64,000 nucleotides of DNA from positions 1,312,001 to 1,376,000 of the forward strand of contig OZ244732.1 in NCBI GenBank assembly GCA_965219345.1, given 5' to 3'. Origin of the DNA: Nitrosopumilus sp. GTDB lineage: Archaea > Thermoproteota > Nitrososphaeria > Nitrososphaerales > Nitrosopumilaceae. The notes beneath the pieces were generated by a model. The model saw only the letters and a program-made list of their open reading frames with translations. It ran no database searches and was not told where the DNA came from. Numbering within the stretch: the first letter of the stretch is position 1; each line of letters starts with the position of its first letter. The translations under genes and the position numbers were made by a program. Shown here in pieces: positions 19,486 to 28,719 of the stretch.

Positions 19486-20768
19486 GGACTTAACCTATCA
19501 GGATCTCTTGGATAAAACACTACTTCACGTACATTATCAACTCCAATAAGGGTAGTCATCAATCTATCTAATCCCATTCCCCACCCTGCATGAGGCGGCA
19601 TTCCCCAGTCAAATGCTTTAAGATGGTCAGTAAATTGTGCAGGATCCAATCCTTGCTCTTTTAATCTATTCTTTAACATCTCTGGATTGTGAAGTCTAGT
19701 TCCACCAGAAGATAATTCCAGAAATCCATATTGCAAATCAAATGATCGTGATAGTGTGATGTCTTCATCTTTTTCTCTAATGTAAAATGGTTTTAGTTTC
19801 ATTGGCCAGTCAATCAAAAAGTAAAATCCCGGATGATTCTTTCCGATAATTCTGAGATGTGAATCCAGCAAATCATCTCCAAATTCTACTTTTTCTCCTT
19901 CTTTCTTTAACTCCTCAATACAATCATTGTAAGTAATTCTCTCAAATGATGAGGCTGGAACTTCTATGGTGTGGCCAATAACCTCTTGTTCTTTCTTGCA
20001 ATTCACAGACGTGAATTTGTAAACCTCCATAACTAGGGACTCCAAAACATCCATGACATCATTATAGTCCATAAATGCTGCTTCAATGTCAATACTGGTA
20101 AATTCAGTTAAGTGTCTTCCTGTGTGGGAATTTTCTGCTCTATAAAAGTTTGAAATCTCAAAGACTCTTTCTAGTCCTATGGTCATCTGTTCTTTGTATA
20201 ACTGCGGACTTTGTGCAAGATATGCTGTTTTTCCAAAATAATCTAATGAAAAGAGATTTGCTCCACCTTCACTCGCACTGCCAATAATTTTTGGTGTAGT
20301 AATCTCCAAAAATTTTCTTTCTGCTAATGTTTTACGTAATGATTGCAGTACGTGGTGTCTTAATTTAAAAATGGAAGCTGTTCTTTGATTTCTCATATCT
20401 AATGCACGATGGTTCAATCTTGTGTCAATGTTACTCTCTAGTCTTCCAATTGGATCAACTGGTAATGGATGAACTGCTTTTGCTAAAACTTCCATATCTT
20501 CAGCTTTAACCTCAAAAGCAAAATCCCTTGCTTTAGTTTCTTGTACAATCCCCTTAACCCTTACAACACTCTGACGATTAATCTCTCCTAGTGTGTCATT
20601 TAACTCTCCTTTTACAATAATTTGAGAGATTCCTGATACATCACGTAATGTGATAAATGTCATCTTTCCTAACTTTCGAAGGTCTTCAATCCATCCTCCT
20701 AAGACCACTTGTTTTCCGATTAATTCTGTAGTTAGTTCTGAAATGTCATGTGTTTTAACAAAGACCAT
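19482..20768 (-). CDS. aspS: Aspartate--tRNA(Asp/Asn) ligase, archaeal type
   Basis: OB-fold N-terminus; LAQSPQLYK, YRAENSHTGRHLTEF, GMPPHAGWGMGLDR, YPRD. Confidence 0.96.
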   Translation of the reverse strand: MVFVKTHDISELTTELIGKQVVLGGWIEDLRKLGKMTFITLRDVSGISQIIVKGELNDTLGEINRQSVVRVKGIVQETKARDFAFEVKAEDMEVLAKAVHPLPVDPIGRLESNIDTRLNHRALDMRNQRTASIFKLRHHVLQSLRKTLAERKFLEITTPKIIGSASEGGANLFSLDYFGKTAYLAQSPQLYKEQMTIGLERVFEISNFYRAENSHTGRHLTEFTSIDIEAAFMDYNDVMDVLESLVMEVYKFTSVNCKKEQEVIGHTIEVPASSFERITYNDCIEELKKEGEKVEFGDDLLDSHLRIIGKNHPGFYFLIDWPMKLKPFYIREKDEDITLSRSFDLQYGFLELSSGGTRLHNPEMLKNRLKEQGLDPAQFTDHLKAFDWGMPPHAGWGMGLDRLMTTLIGVDNVREVVFYPRDPDRLSP

Positions 20769-20854
20769 ATTCTTACCTATCTTTTATCATTCTGATAATG
20801 TTGTTTATATCCCTTAATGTAAAACAAAAATTCTAGTTTGGATCTAAGAATGAT

Positions 20855-21793
20855 ATGACTTTTCTGTCAGTTAATGGACTATTCGCAAAATACAATTCAT
20901 CAAAAGGCCCAGTTTATGCAGTTGATGATGTAGATTTTGAATTAGAAGATGGAAAATCTATAGGAATTGCTGGTGAAAGCGCATGTGGAAAAAGTACATT
21001 GGGACTTTCCCTTATCAGAATGCTTTCTGGTGGCAAGACTGAAGGCAAAATTCTATTTGATGGGCGTTCCATTTTAGAAATGAAAGAATCTGATTTTGAT
21101 GAAAAATTTCGATGGAAAGAAATCTCTATGGTTTTTCAAGGTGCAATGAATTCATTAGATCCTGTTTTTACTATTAAAGAACAATTTATTGAAATTCTAA
21201 AACAACATAATTTTGATTGTGATTCTAAACAAGTGATTTTGGATGCTATCCGCTCAGTTAGCCTAGATGAACCTGTTTTGAAAAAATATCCTCATGAGTT
21301 GAGTGGCGGAATGAAACAGAGAGTAACTATTGCAATGGCGTTACTTCTCAAGCCAAAATTTGTGATTGCTGATGAACCAACCACTGCACTTGATGTGTTA
21401 ATTCAAGCACAAATTGTAACTTTACTAAAAAACCTTAAAAAAAATGGCATGTCTTTTATGCTAATCACACATGATTTAGCAGTGTTATCTGAAATTGCCG
21501 ACAAGATTGGTATTATGTATGGTGGACATATGGTAGAATTTGGTTCTTCTGAAGAAATTTACAAAAATCCAAAACATCCTTACACTCAAGGACTCTTAGA
21601 ATCAATTCCAACATTAAAAGGAAATATTCCTAAATACATTAAAGGAATTCCTCCTAGCTTACTTGACGCGCCAACAGAATGTAGATTTATAGAGCGATGT
21701 CCTTTGGCAATTGAAAAATGCAAACAAGTTCCTCCAAAATTTAAAACTAAAACCGGATATGTTAGATGTTGGCTTTATGAAGAAGAAAAATAA
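20855..21793 (+). CDS. Oligopeptide/dipeptide ABC transporter ATP-binding protein
   Basis: GESACGKST, YPHELSGGMKQR, ADEPTTALD, HPYTQGLL, C-terminal Cys cluster. Confidence 0.92.
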   Translation: MTFLSVNGLFAKYNSSKGPVYAVDDVDFELEDGKSIGIAGESACGKSTLGLSLIRMLSGGKTEGKILFDGRSILEMKESDFDEKFRWKEISMVFQGAMNSLDPVFTIKEQFIEILKQHNFDCDSKQVILDAIRSVSLDEPVLKKYPHELSGGMKQRVTIAMALLLKPKFVIADEPTTALDVLIQAQIVTLLKNLKKNGMSFMLITHDLAVLSEIADKIGIMYGGHMVEFGSSEEIYKNPKHPYTQGLLESIPTLKGNIPKYIKGIPPSLLDAPTECRFIERCPLAIEKCKQVPPKFKTKTGYVRCWLYEEEK

Positions 21794-21833
21794 TTCTGAA
21801 TTAAATTAACAACCACATCAAATTGTTAAATGT

Positions 21834-22208
21834 TTAAGAATGTTTTTTTACAATTGGCAGACATGAATCTATAATTCTTAACATTTCAGTTCTTAATACT
21901 TTTTTATCAATTGCTACCCATACTCTTAATTTTTTGATGGCAAAAGAAATGGTCTGTACTTTCTTTCTTTCTTCCCAAACAAATTCAATCTCTCCTAGAT
22001 TCTTATCAAAAAATCCCTCCAGATCCGTCTTTATGGCAATATGTGAAAATTGATACTGTGTATCTTTGGCATCCAAAAGAGGTTTTAGTCCTGATCTTCT
22101 TTTATTGGCTAGTAACTCACCACTCTCATCAACTACACCTACAAATCTGACAAATGGGCTTATGTTGGATATAGAATCGCAAATTTTTTCAAAGTCATTT
22201 TTAGCCAT
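21834..22208 (-). CDS. Thaumarchaeal roadblock/profilin-like (DUF6659-type) protein
   Basis: ISPFVRFVGVVDESGELL...DKNLGEIEF pattern. Confidence 0.65.
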   Translation of the reverse strand: MAKNDFEKICDSISNISPFVRFVGVVDESGELLANKRRSGLKPLLDAKDTQYQFSHIAIKTDLEGFFDKNLGEIEFVWEERKKVQTISFAIKKLRVWVAIDKKVLRTEMLRIIDSCLPIVKKHS

Positions 22209-22323
22209 TTAATTTACTTGCAAAAATATGATATTTTAATGATATTGCGGTAATGTATATTCTAGTTTTAATTAAAAGCCTATGGAAAACGGGGTTTTAA
22301 TAATTCAAGATCTATAATTTACT

Positions 22324-23177
22324 GTGGATCGAAGCCTTCTACTCTTTCAAAACTCTTTGAAAAGTGATGTATCTGTTTCAAACTATACACGACATTTAGA
22401 TCTATTCATGAATTTTGTAAGCAATGAAATGGACCTAAAATTAGACTATGATAGGTTATCTACAATCCCAGTTCCTCAACTTCAGATTCTTGTAGAAGAC
22501 TATGTTATGACACTAAAAGAAATTAAATCCTAATTCAATTCCAGCATACTATTATCCAATTCAATCTTTTTTTGAATCAAACGATGTTGATCTAAGGTGG
22601 AGAAAAATTAGAAAATTATTTCCTCAAAAAGTCAGTGTCTGGTGATAAACCATACACTAATGATGATATCAAAAAGATGCTAGATGTTACTCCACAACTA
22701 CGAAATAAGGCAATCATTCATTTTCTTGCATCATCTGGATGTAGATTAGGTGCATTGCCTGATCTACAACTAAGACATTTGTCTGAAATGTCTGATGGTT
22801 GTAAATCTGTTTTAGTTTATGAAGACAGCATTGAAGAATATTATACTTTCTTTACTCCTGAATCCTCAAAGTCTTTAGATGAATATTTTGAACAGAGAAA
22901 AATTGATGGTGAAGTTTTATCTGCAACAAGTCCCGTGTTTAGAAACAAGTATCTTATTGGTAATTCACCAGTAAAAGAAATGAGTGAAAAAAGTATTCAA
23001 AACGTTGTTGCTCGTGCAGTTTTAAAATCTGGAATTAGAGGTGAAGTTAAACGAAATGGAAGATATGAAAAACAAACTGATCATGCATTTAGAAAATGAT
23101 TCAATACAATATTGAAACTCAACAATGATGTAAATTCTAATGTAGTTGAAAAAATGCTTGGGCATAAAAAAGGATTA
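22324..23177 (+). pseudogene. Tyrosine recombinase/integrase, frameshifted, with internal stop, truncated by IS630
   Basis: LASSGCRLG (catalytic R), HAFRK*, EKMLGH; split into fragments at ~22533 and ~22635. Confidence 0.85.
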
Positions 23178-23254
23178 TACTGACGAGCAAAAGTTCATGA
23201 GATCAAACATGTTAGACGGCAACACATTTTGATCACGTCCCACTACGCATTACA

Positions 23255-24333
23255 ATGCCCGCAGTAAAATCCGAAGACCTGAAGAAGGCGTACAAGAAGG
23301 AAAGAGATCCCAGTTGATGCTGTTGGGTTTGTTGTTGTTGTTGTTGATGACCTGAAGAAGGCGTACAAGAAGGAAAGAGATCCCAGAGTCAAGATCAGGA
23401 TGGCCGCAGTAAACATGGTGTGCATGAACAATAAGAGCATCCAGCATGCGGCAGACTCACTCATGCAGTGTCCCAACTGGGTCTCCTTCTGGGTGGAACG
23501 CTTCCGGGAGGGCGGCATCGACGCCCCCGGGATCTTCCCAAGAGCGGCAGGCCACCGAAGGTCAGGCTCGAAGACATTGAAGAGACAATATCCGGGGCAG
23601 GCAGCATCATTACTCCCCCGCAGCTGAGGGAACGTGTCCGCAAGATGCACGGCATAACATACCACATTACAAGCGCCAGGAGGATAATGCACAGGCTGGG
23701 CATGTCTGCCAAGACGGCAAGACGGGTCCACATAAACAGGCAGGGACAGACGAGATCAGAAGGTGGCAGCGCAACGCAAAGAGGCGCATATCGCGCCTGG
23801 AATCGAGGGGTTTTGCCGTCGTAGTCTTTGACGAGTCCATATTCATAGACGACCCGGCATCGGGGACAAAGTACTGGTCGCCAAAAGGCCAGCCCATAGT
23901 CACCACATACAAGGGCAGACACGGCAGGGTCGTGGCGTACGGTTCCATCGCGACTGACGGCAGGCAGTTCATCAGGGCGTACAAAAAATTTGACAAGGAG
24001 ACGGTACTGCGGTACCTAAAGGAGCTTGCGGGACATTTCGGAAAGGTTGCCATAATAATGGACAACGCGCCGCAGCACAAGGCAAAGACGGCAGGCGAGT
24101 TCCCAAAGGGCAACAAAAAAGTCAAGGCAGTATGGCTTCCAACCGCAACACCGGAGCTCAGCGTCATGGAGGAGTACTGGCACCAGTCAAAGCGCGACGT
24201 GCTGGTGTCAGAATATTATGGAACAATAGGGCAGATGCGCCGCGCAATGTCAGAGCATTTCAGGACGGCGCGGCCGTGGCTTGACGCAATGAAGTTCATC
24301 TGCAGAAAGTCATTTGATCTCAAGAACTTTTGA
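23255..24333 (+). pseudogene. IS630 transposase, frameshifted and interrupted by a repeat-spacer-repeat insertion
   Basis: HTH (PKSGRPPK), FDES, IMDNAPQH, LPTATPELSVMEEYW in different frames. Confidence 0.88.
23276..23386 (+). repeat. Repeat-spacer-repeat scar 1: 38-bp target duplication around a 35-bp insert
   Basis: GACCTGAAGAAGGCGTACAAGAAGGAAAGAGATCCCAG at 23276-23313 and 23349-23386. Confidence 0.95.
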
Positions 24334-24962
24334 TCGACAGTGTAATGCCCTTTGCCCTGATGCAAAATGTGCCATCAATTGATTTTCTTGAGAGTCATTA
24401 TACATTAAATTATATAATTTATGAAATGTTAAATCTAAATTATTTAGTTTTGTTAAGTATGCCCCAATGTTTCCTTCTTTAGGAATTTGAATTTCTCCAT
24501 TAATCACTTCTCTAGGATGTTTATGATAAACAAAAAGTCCTGTTTTAAGTGATAGATAATTTGACAGTCTAGATGCAGTCTTTAATGCTTCAATAATTTT
24601 TTATCACTTCCATCTGTTTTAATTGTAAATCCAGTGATTATTTTGGTGTTTTCAAGATCAAATTGTAATTCAATATCTGTTGAATTTGTAGATATCCCAG
24701 GCAACCAGACAGGTTCAATAAATTCAAAATATAATCCAACAACAACTATTACTTCTTCTTTAAAATTTACATGTTCACTTACCACAACTATTTTTACATC
24801 ATGATCACATGAAAACTATTTTACCTTTTTTCCATATTCATCAAAAAAAGTTTTTTGTAGAGTACCTTCTTTACATTCAGCACATTTTTCTTCGTTTGAT
24901 ATTGTTTTATTTTGCTGTTATTTTATTAAAAACATGATCATGCACTTTAAGAAAATTTTATT

Positions 24963-25256
24963 TTATACTTTAAGAATTGCTTTTCTTAAAACTCCGCCAG
25001 TGAATATTTGATCTAATACTCCAACAATGATTACTCCTAGTACAACTTTACCAGTATTGCTTTCTGCCACATGTTTAATCAAAGAAGATGTTGATTCATG
25101 TGGATCATGCTTATCATAATGTACATTACATCTGCCTGTTTTAGGATCACATTCTGCATGATAGTGTCCTTTTCTAAAGTGAATTTTACCTAATTTTTCC
25201 CCTAAAGAACGAGTCCAGGCATGGTCATTTTCAAAATTTTCTATTCTGTATATCAT
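24963..25256 (-). CDS. Small His-rich membrane protein
   Basis: HYHAE...VHYDKHDPH...H motif and C-terminal TM. Confidence 0.6.
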   Translation of the reverse strand: MIYRIENFENDHAWTRSLGEKLGKIHFRKGHYHAECDPKTGRCNVHYDKHDPHESTSSLIKHVAESNTGKVVLGVIIVGVLDQIFTGGVLRKAILKV

Positions 25257-25748
25257 TTATTTACTTCTCACTTGTGAAACTTCTTCAGTTATCCATTGCC
25301 CAGATTCTTTTGTTGCAACTAGTTCAATAATTCCTCGTGTGATAGTACTTCCAATTATCCCTCCAAGTAATGCCCCAAGAAGAGTAGTTGCCAAGGCACC
25401 GCTTCCACTTCTTGAACCCGCCAGTAATCCAGCACCTCCACCTGCCATGGCAGCTTCAACAGATCTAGATGCTATCTTTGTTACTACTGCCTTTATGGCA
25501 ATTATTCCAATATCCATTAAAATTTGATCTAATTCTTGAATAAGTAATTTATCATTTCCATTTTTATATCGGACAATCAATGTAGGTTGGATCAAATTAT
25601 CTTGAATTTGAGTCTCTTTTGCAATAACGTTATCGAGTGTGCATTTTGATTTTATTCCTTTAGTTACATATTCTTCTACCGTACGACAACGTTCATCTGA
25701 AGGAATTCCAGTATAATTATTGCATTCCATTATAATCTCTTTCTTCAT
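25257..25748 (-). CDS. Glycine-zipper membrane protein
   Basis: AMAGGGAGLLAG...LLGALLGGIIG GxxxG repeats. Confidence 0.65.
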   Translation of the reverse strand: MKKEIIMECNNYTGIPSDERCRTVEEYVTKGIKSKCTLDNVIAKETQIQDNLIQPTLIVRYKNGNDKLLIQELDQILMDIGIIAIKAVVTKIASRSVEAAMAGGGAGLLAGSRSGSGALATTLLGALLGGIIGSTITRGIIELVATKESGQWITEEVSQVRSK

Positions 25749-26365
25749 AACGTTTTCCTCCTTTCTAATATTTTTCTAATCATAACTGCATTTGGAGCTG
25801 TTGGAATGGCCATCTGGATCAAGTGTGGATGAACACTCACTGTCTGTTTTGGTATTTCAAGAGAAATTTTTTCTAATTCAGAATATAATTTCAATGCACC
25901 TTTTGCTATGTATCTTCCATCTTCTGTAAGGTAGTATTTGTCGTTAATTTTTCCAACATGCTCAGATTCAACTAGTTCTTTTAGAATATGATCTTCTCGA
26001 AGATCTATTGCAGAATCTGGATTTGTAGCATTTTTCAAAAGTATGTGGGTAAGTATCTCCTCTTCTCTGGAAACGGCAGGATAGTGACTTGTTTTAATTA
26101 TTAAATTCTGAATATGTTCTGGAAACAATGTCATACCTGTCTTTTCTTTCATTTTAATTACAGTTAGGTTATCCAGATTGGATACGTCCAAGTGTTTTCC
26201 AGAAAAGGATGATTGACTAGATTCCAGAACATGTAGAATCTTCTTTACAGTTCTAAAATTCAAATTTGCTTCTTGAGCTAGCTTGCTCAGTGAGTATGGT
26301 TTTCCAGATTCTAAAATATCCAAAATCATTTCAAGTGCTGTGGCAAAATCTGTTCGTGTTTTCAT
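25745..26365 (-). CDS. Winged-helix DNA-binding protein (probably two wHTH domains)
   Basis: SLSKLAQEANLNFRTVKKILHVL HTH; second wing YYLTEDGRYIA. Confidence 0.7.
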   Translation of the reverse strand: MKTRTDFATALEMILDILESGKPYSLSKLAQEANLNFRTVKKILHVLESSQSSFSGKHLDVSNLDNLTVIKMKEKTGMTLFPEHIQNLIIKTSHYPAVSREEEILTHILLKNATNPDSAIDLREDHILKELVESEHVGKINDKYYLTEDGRYIAKGALKLYSELEKISLEIPKQTVSVHPHLIQMAIPTAPNAVMIRKILERRKTL

Positions 26366-26366
26366 C

Positions 26367-26418
26367 TATAATTATACTAGTGTTGTATACTAATATATGA
26401 GTTGTGTATAATTATACA
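26367..26418. promoter_or_regulatory. Putative twin palindromic operator in a divergent promoter
   Basis: TATAATTATAC at 26367-26377 and perfect palindrome TGTATAATTATACA at 26405-26418. Confidence 0.5.
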
Positions 26419-26427
26419 ATATAGTGA

Positions 26428-26745
26428 ATGCCTCTCAAACCATATGAAATAGCTGTTTTGCTTCAAATGTATGATGAACGAATAATCGGACCAGGTGGGT
26501 ATACTAGTCTTCAAACCGTTCGAAGTAAGATCAACTGGAAAAAAATATCTTCTCATTATAGGGTAAAAGAAAGCTTTGACACCATAGCAAGAAGGCTAGT
26601 AAAAAAACGGTTATTATCAGATGATGGAAAAAGCCTGCAAGTTCTTTTTTTGGATAAACTTGGAGTGGATTTTGTAGTGGGCTATTTGGATGAGAATCCA
26701 AACTCTTTCAAGGATCTGGAGGATATACTTAAAGGAAAAACTTGA
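26428..26745 (+). CDS. Hypothetical protein, possible wHTH
   Basis: 105-aa ORF divergent from the wHTH gene; ..ARRLVKKRLL...LDKLGVDF. Confidence 0.55.
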   Translation: MPLKPYEIAVLLQMYDERIIGPGGYTSLQTVRSKINWKKISSHYRVKESFDTIARRLVKKRLLSDDGKSLQVLFLDKLGVDFVVGYLDENPNSFKDLEDILKGKT

Positions 26746-27065
26746 GATTTTGGTAATATGGAAAATGATGATTTGATAAACAAAGCATTTGAACACATTA
26801 AAGGAGAATTAATGATTCCTCAAATTATTAATTCATTAAAAACTAATTTTGACCTGGCGAAGTTCACATGATTCCATTCATGAATTTATTTTATTCATGG
26901 GCATGATGATCTCAAATAATTCTAATTATTCATTTAAACAAAACATGGTTTTTTTCCTTTACTGTGAAGAAATATTCTTTCTAGCTCATAGATCCTCTTT
27001 AGATGCTTTATCTGTTCATTATAATGCAGTATTTATTAATTTACGAGCAATACTTGAGCTTTTAA

Positions 27066-27824
27066 TTCAGGGAACTTTGATAATAATTGGACTCTCGAGT
27101 TTGATTGGAGTGCCGATAGGCGTGATGTCGGGAATATATCTATCTGAATATGGTGATAACAAACTTGCTAGAACAATTCGATTCTTCAATGATGTATTCA
27201 TGGAATTCCCATCAATTGTTCTTGGAATTTTTGCATTTTTGGTGATTGTATTGCTTCTTGGACACTTTTCAGTATGGGCAGGTGCTTTTGCATTATCTTT
27301 AATCATGTTTCCAATTGTTGCTAGAACTACCGAAGAACCCCTCAAGATGGTGCCAGCCGGCCTGTACCGGACGCCGCTCGTTGTCTATGACAGCTAGAAC
27401 TACCGAAGAATCCCTCAAGATGGTGCCAGTAACTCATCGTGAAGCTGGAACTGCTTTAGGTCTTAAAAAATGGGTAATTACTTTTAGAATTGTAATTTCT
27501 GCTGCAAAAAATGGAATGATCACTGGAATTTTATTATCTGTATCTAGAATCGGTGGTGAAACTGCCCCATTAATTATGACTATCTTGGGCAGTAGTCAAT
27601 TCTTTAGCAGTATGGATGTACCAATGGATGCTTTTCCATTGAGAATTTGGAGATTATCTTTATTGCCATATGATAGTGCACAGCTTCCGGGTTGGGGTTC
27701 AGCACTAGTTCTAATCTTCATCATTCTAGGAATTAATCTTGCTGTTAGATACTTTTTTGCAAACAAGAAAAGGAAAAATGGAATTTTTGGGCAATTAATC
27801 AAAGGAGTTAGAGCTAAAAATTGA
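27066..27824 (+). pseudogene. pstA: Phosphate ABC transporter permease PstA, 5'-truncated and interrupted
   Basis: GIYLSEY, FPSIVLGIF, ARTTEESL..VP...REAG.ALG, RIGGETAPL; N-terminus fused to unrelated DNA; 73-bp insertion. Confidence 0.92.
27320..27429 (+). repeat. Repeat-spacer-repeat scar 2: 37-bp target duplication (1 mismatch) around a 36-bp insert
   Basis: GCTAGAACTACCGAAGAA(C/T)CCCTCAAGATGGTGCCAG at 27320-27356 and 27393-27429. Confidence 0.95.
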
Positions 27825-28719
27825 CGGCGCTAAGTACATCTGCTAACATGGAAACACAGGCAAAATCGGTTCCACCTAAAATTGATTCTGAAAAATACAA
27901 AATGATTGCAGAAAATGTCACTATAAGTTATGATGGAATTGAAGCTGTCAAAAATGTCACAATGAAATTCAAAGAAAGATCAGTCACTGCTTTGATAGCC
28001 GATTCTGTGGGCATCTGCGAGGTTGGATTTTAATGAAATTCAAAGAAAGATCAGTCACTGCTTTGATAGGGCCATCTGGTTGTGGGAAAACAACATTTCT
28101 TCGATGTCTTAATCGAATGCACGATATGACAAAAAATGCAAGAGTTGATGGAAAAGTTATGATTGATGATATTGATCTTTATGATAAATCAGTTGATCCT
28201 ATCTATCATCGCAGAAAAGTAGGCATGGTTTTCCAAAAACCAAACCCGTTTCCAACCATGTCAATTTATGATAATGTTATTGCAGGTTTGAAACTTAATG
28301 GAGTCCGAGATAAAAAAATTCTAGATGAGATTGTCGAAGACTCATTGAAGATGGCATATCTTTGGGATGAAGTAAAACATGATTTGAAAAAATCCGCAAT
28401 TGAATTATCTGGTGGTCAGCAACAACGTTTATGCATTGCAAGAGCCCTTGCTATCCAACCTGAAGTTTTGCTAATGGATGAACCTGCATCTGCACTTGAT
28501 CCAATCGCAACTCAAAAAATTGAAGAAACAATTGCCGAATTAAAAAAAGAGTATACCATAATTATTGTAACTCATAATATGCAACAGGCAGTACGTGTTT
28601 CAGATTATACTGGATTCATGTATCTGGGTGACTTGTTGAATTTAGAGAAACAAAGAAGCTATTCACTGATCCAAAAAATGAATTAACTGCAAAATATGTT
28701 CAGGGGGCAATTTGGATAA
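27821..28719 (+). pseudogene. pstB: Phosphate ABC transporter ATPase PstB, interrupted
   Basis: [45 protein letters not shown]; 71-bp insertion plus a frameshift near 28632. Confidence 0.93.
27961..28069 (+). repeat. Repeat-spacer-repeat scar 3: 38-bp target duplication around a 33-bp insert
   Basis: AATGAAATTCAAAGAAAGATCAGTCACTGCTTTGATAG at 27961-27998 and 28032-28069. Confidence 0.95.

Larger units (their letters stand above)
23178..24342 (+). mobile_element. IS630-family insertion sequence (degenerate)
   Basis: TA at both flanks (23176-77, 24343-44); ~30-bp TIR (TACTGACGAGCAAAAGTTCATGAGATCAAA / rc CACTGTCGATCAAAAGTTCTTGAGATCAAA). Confidence 0.9.

Noticed and set aside
26849-27397. 182-aa ORF as a novel PstA fusion protein
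   Set aside because: Chance read-through across a deletion junction into a pstA pseudogene; ends inside the inserted spacer
23276-28069. Calling the three repeat-spacer-repeat units a canonical CRISPR array
   Set aside because: Each has a different repeat derived from the interrupted gene, only two copies, and no leader or cas genes nearby; reported as ectopic scars instead
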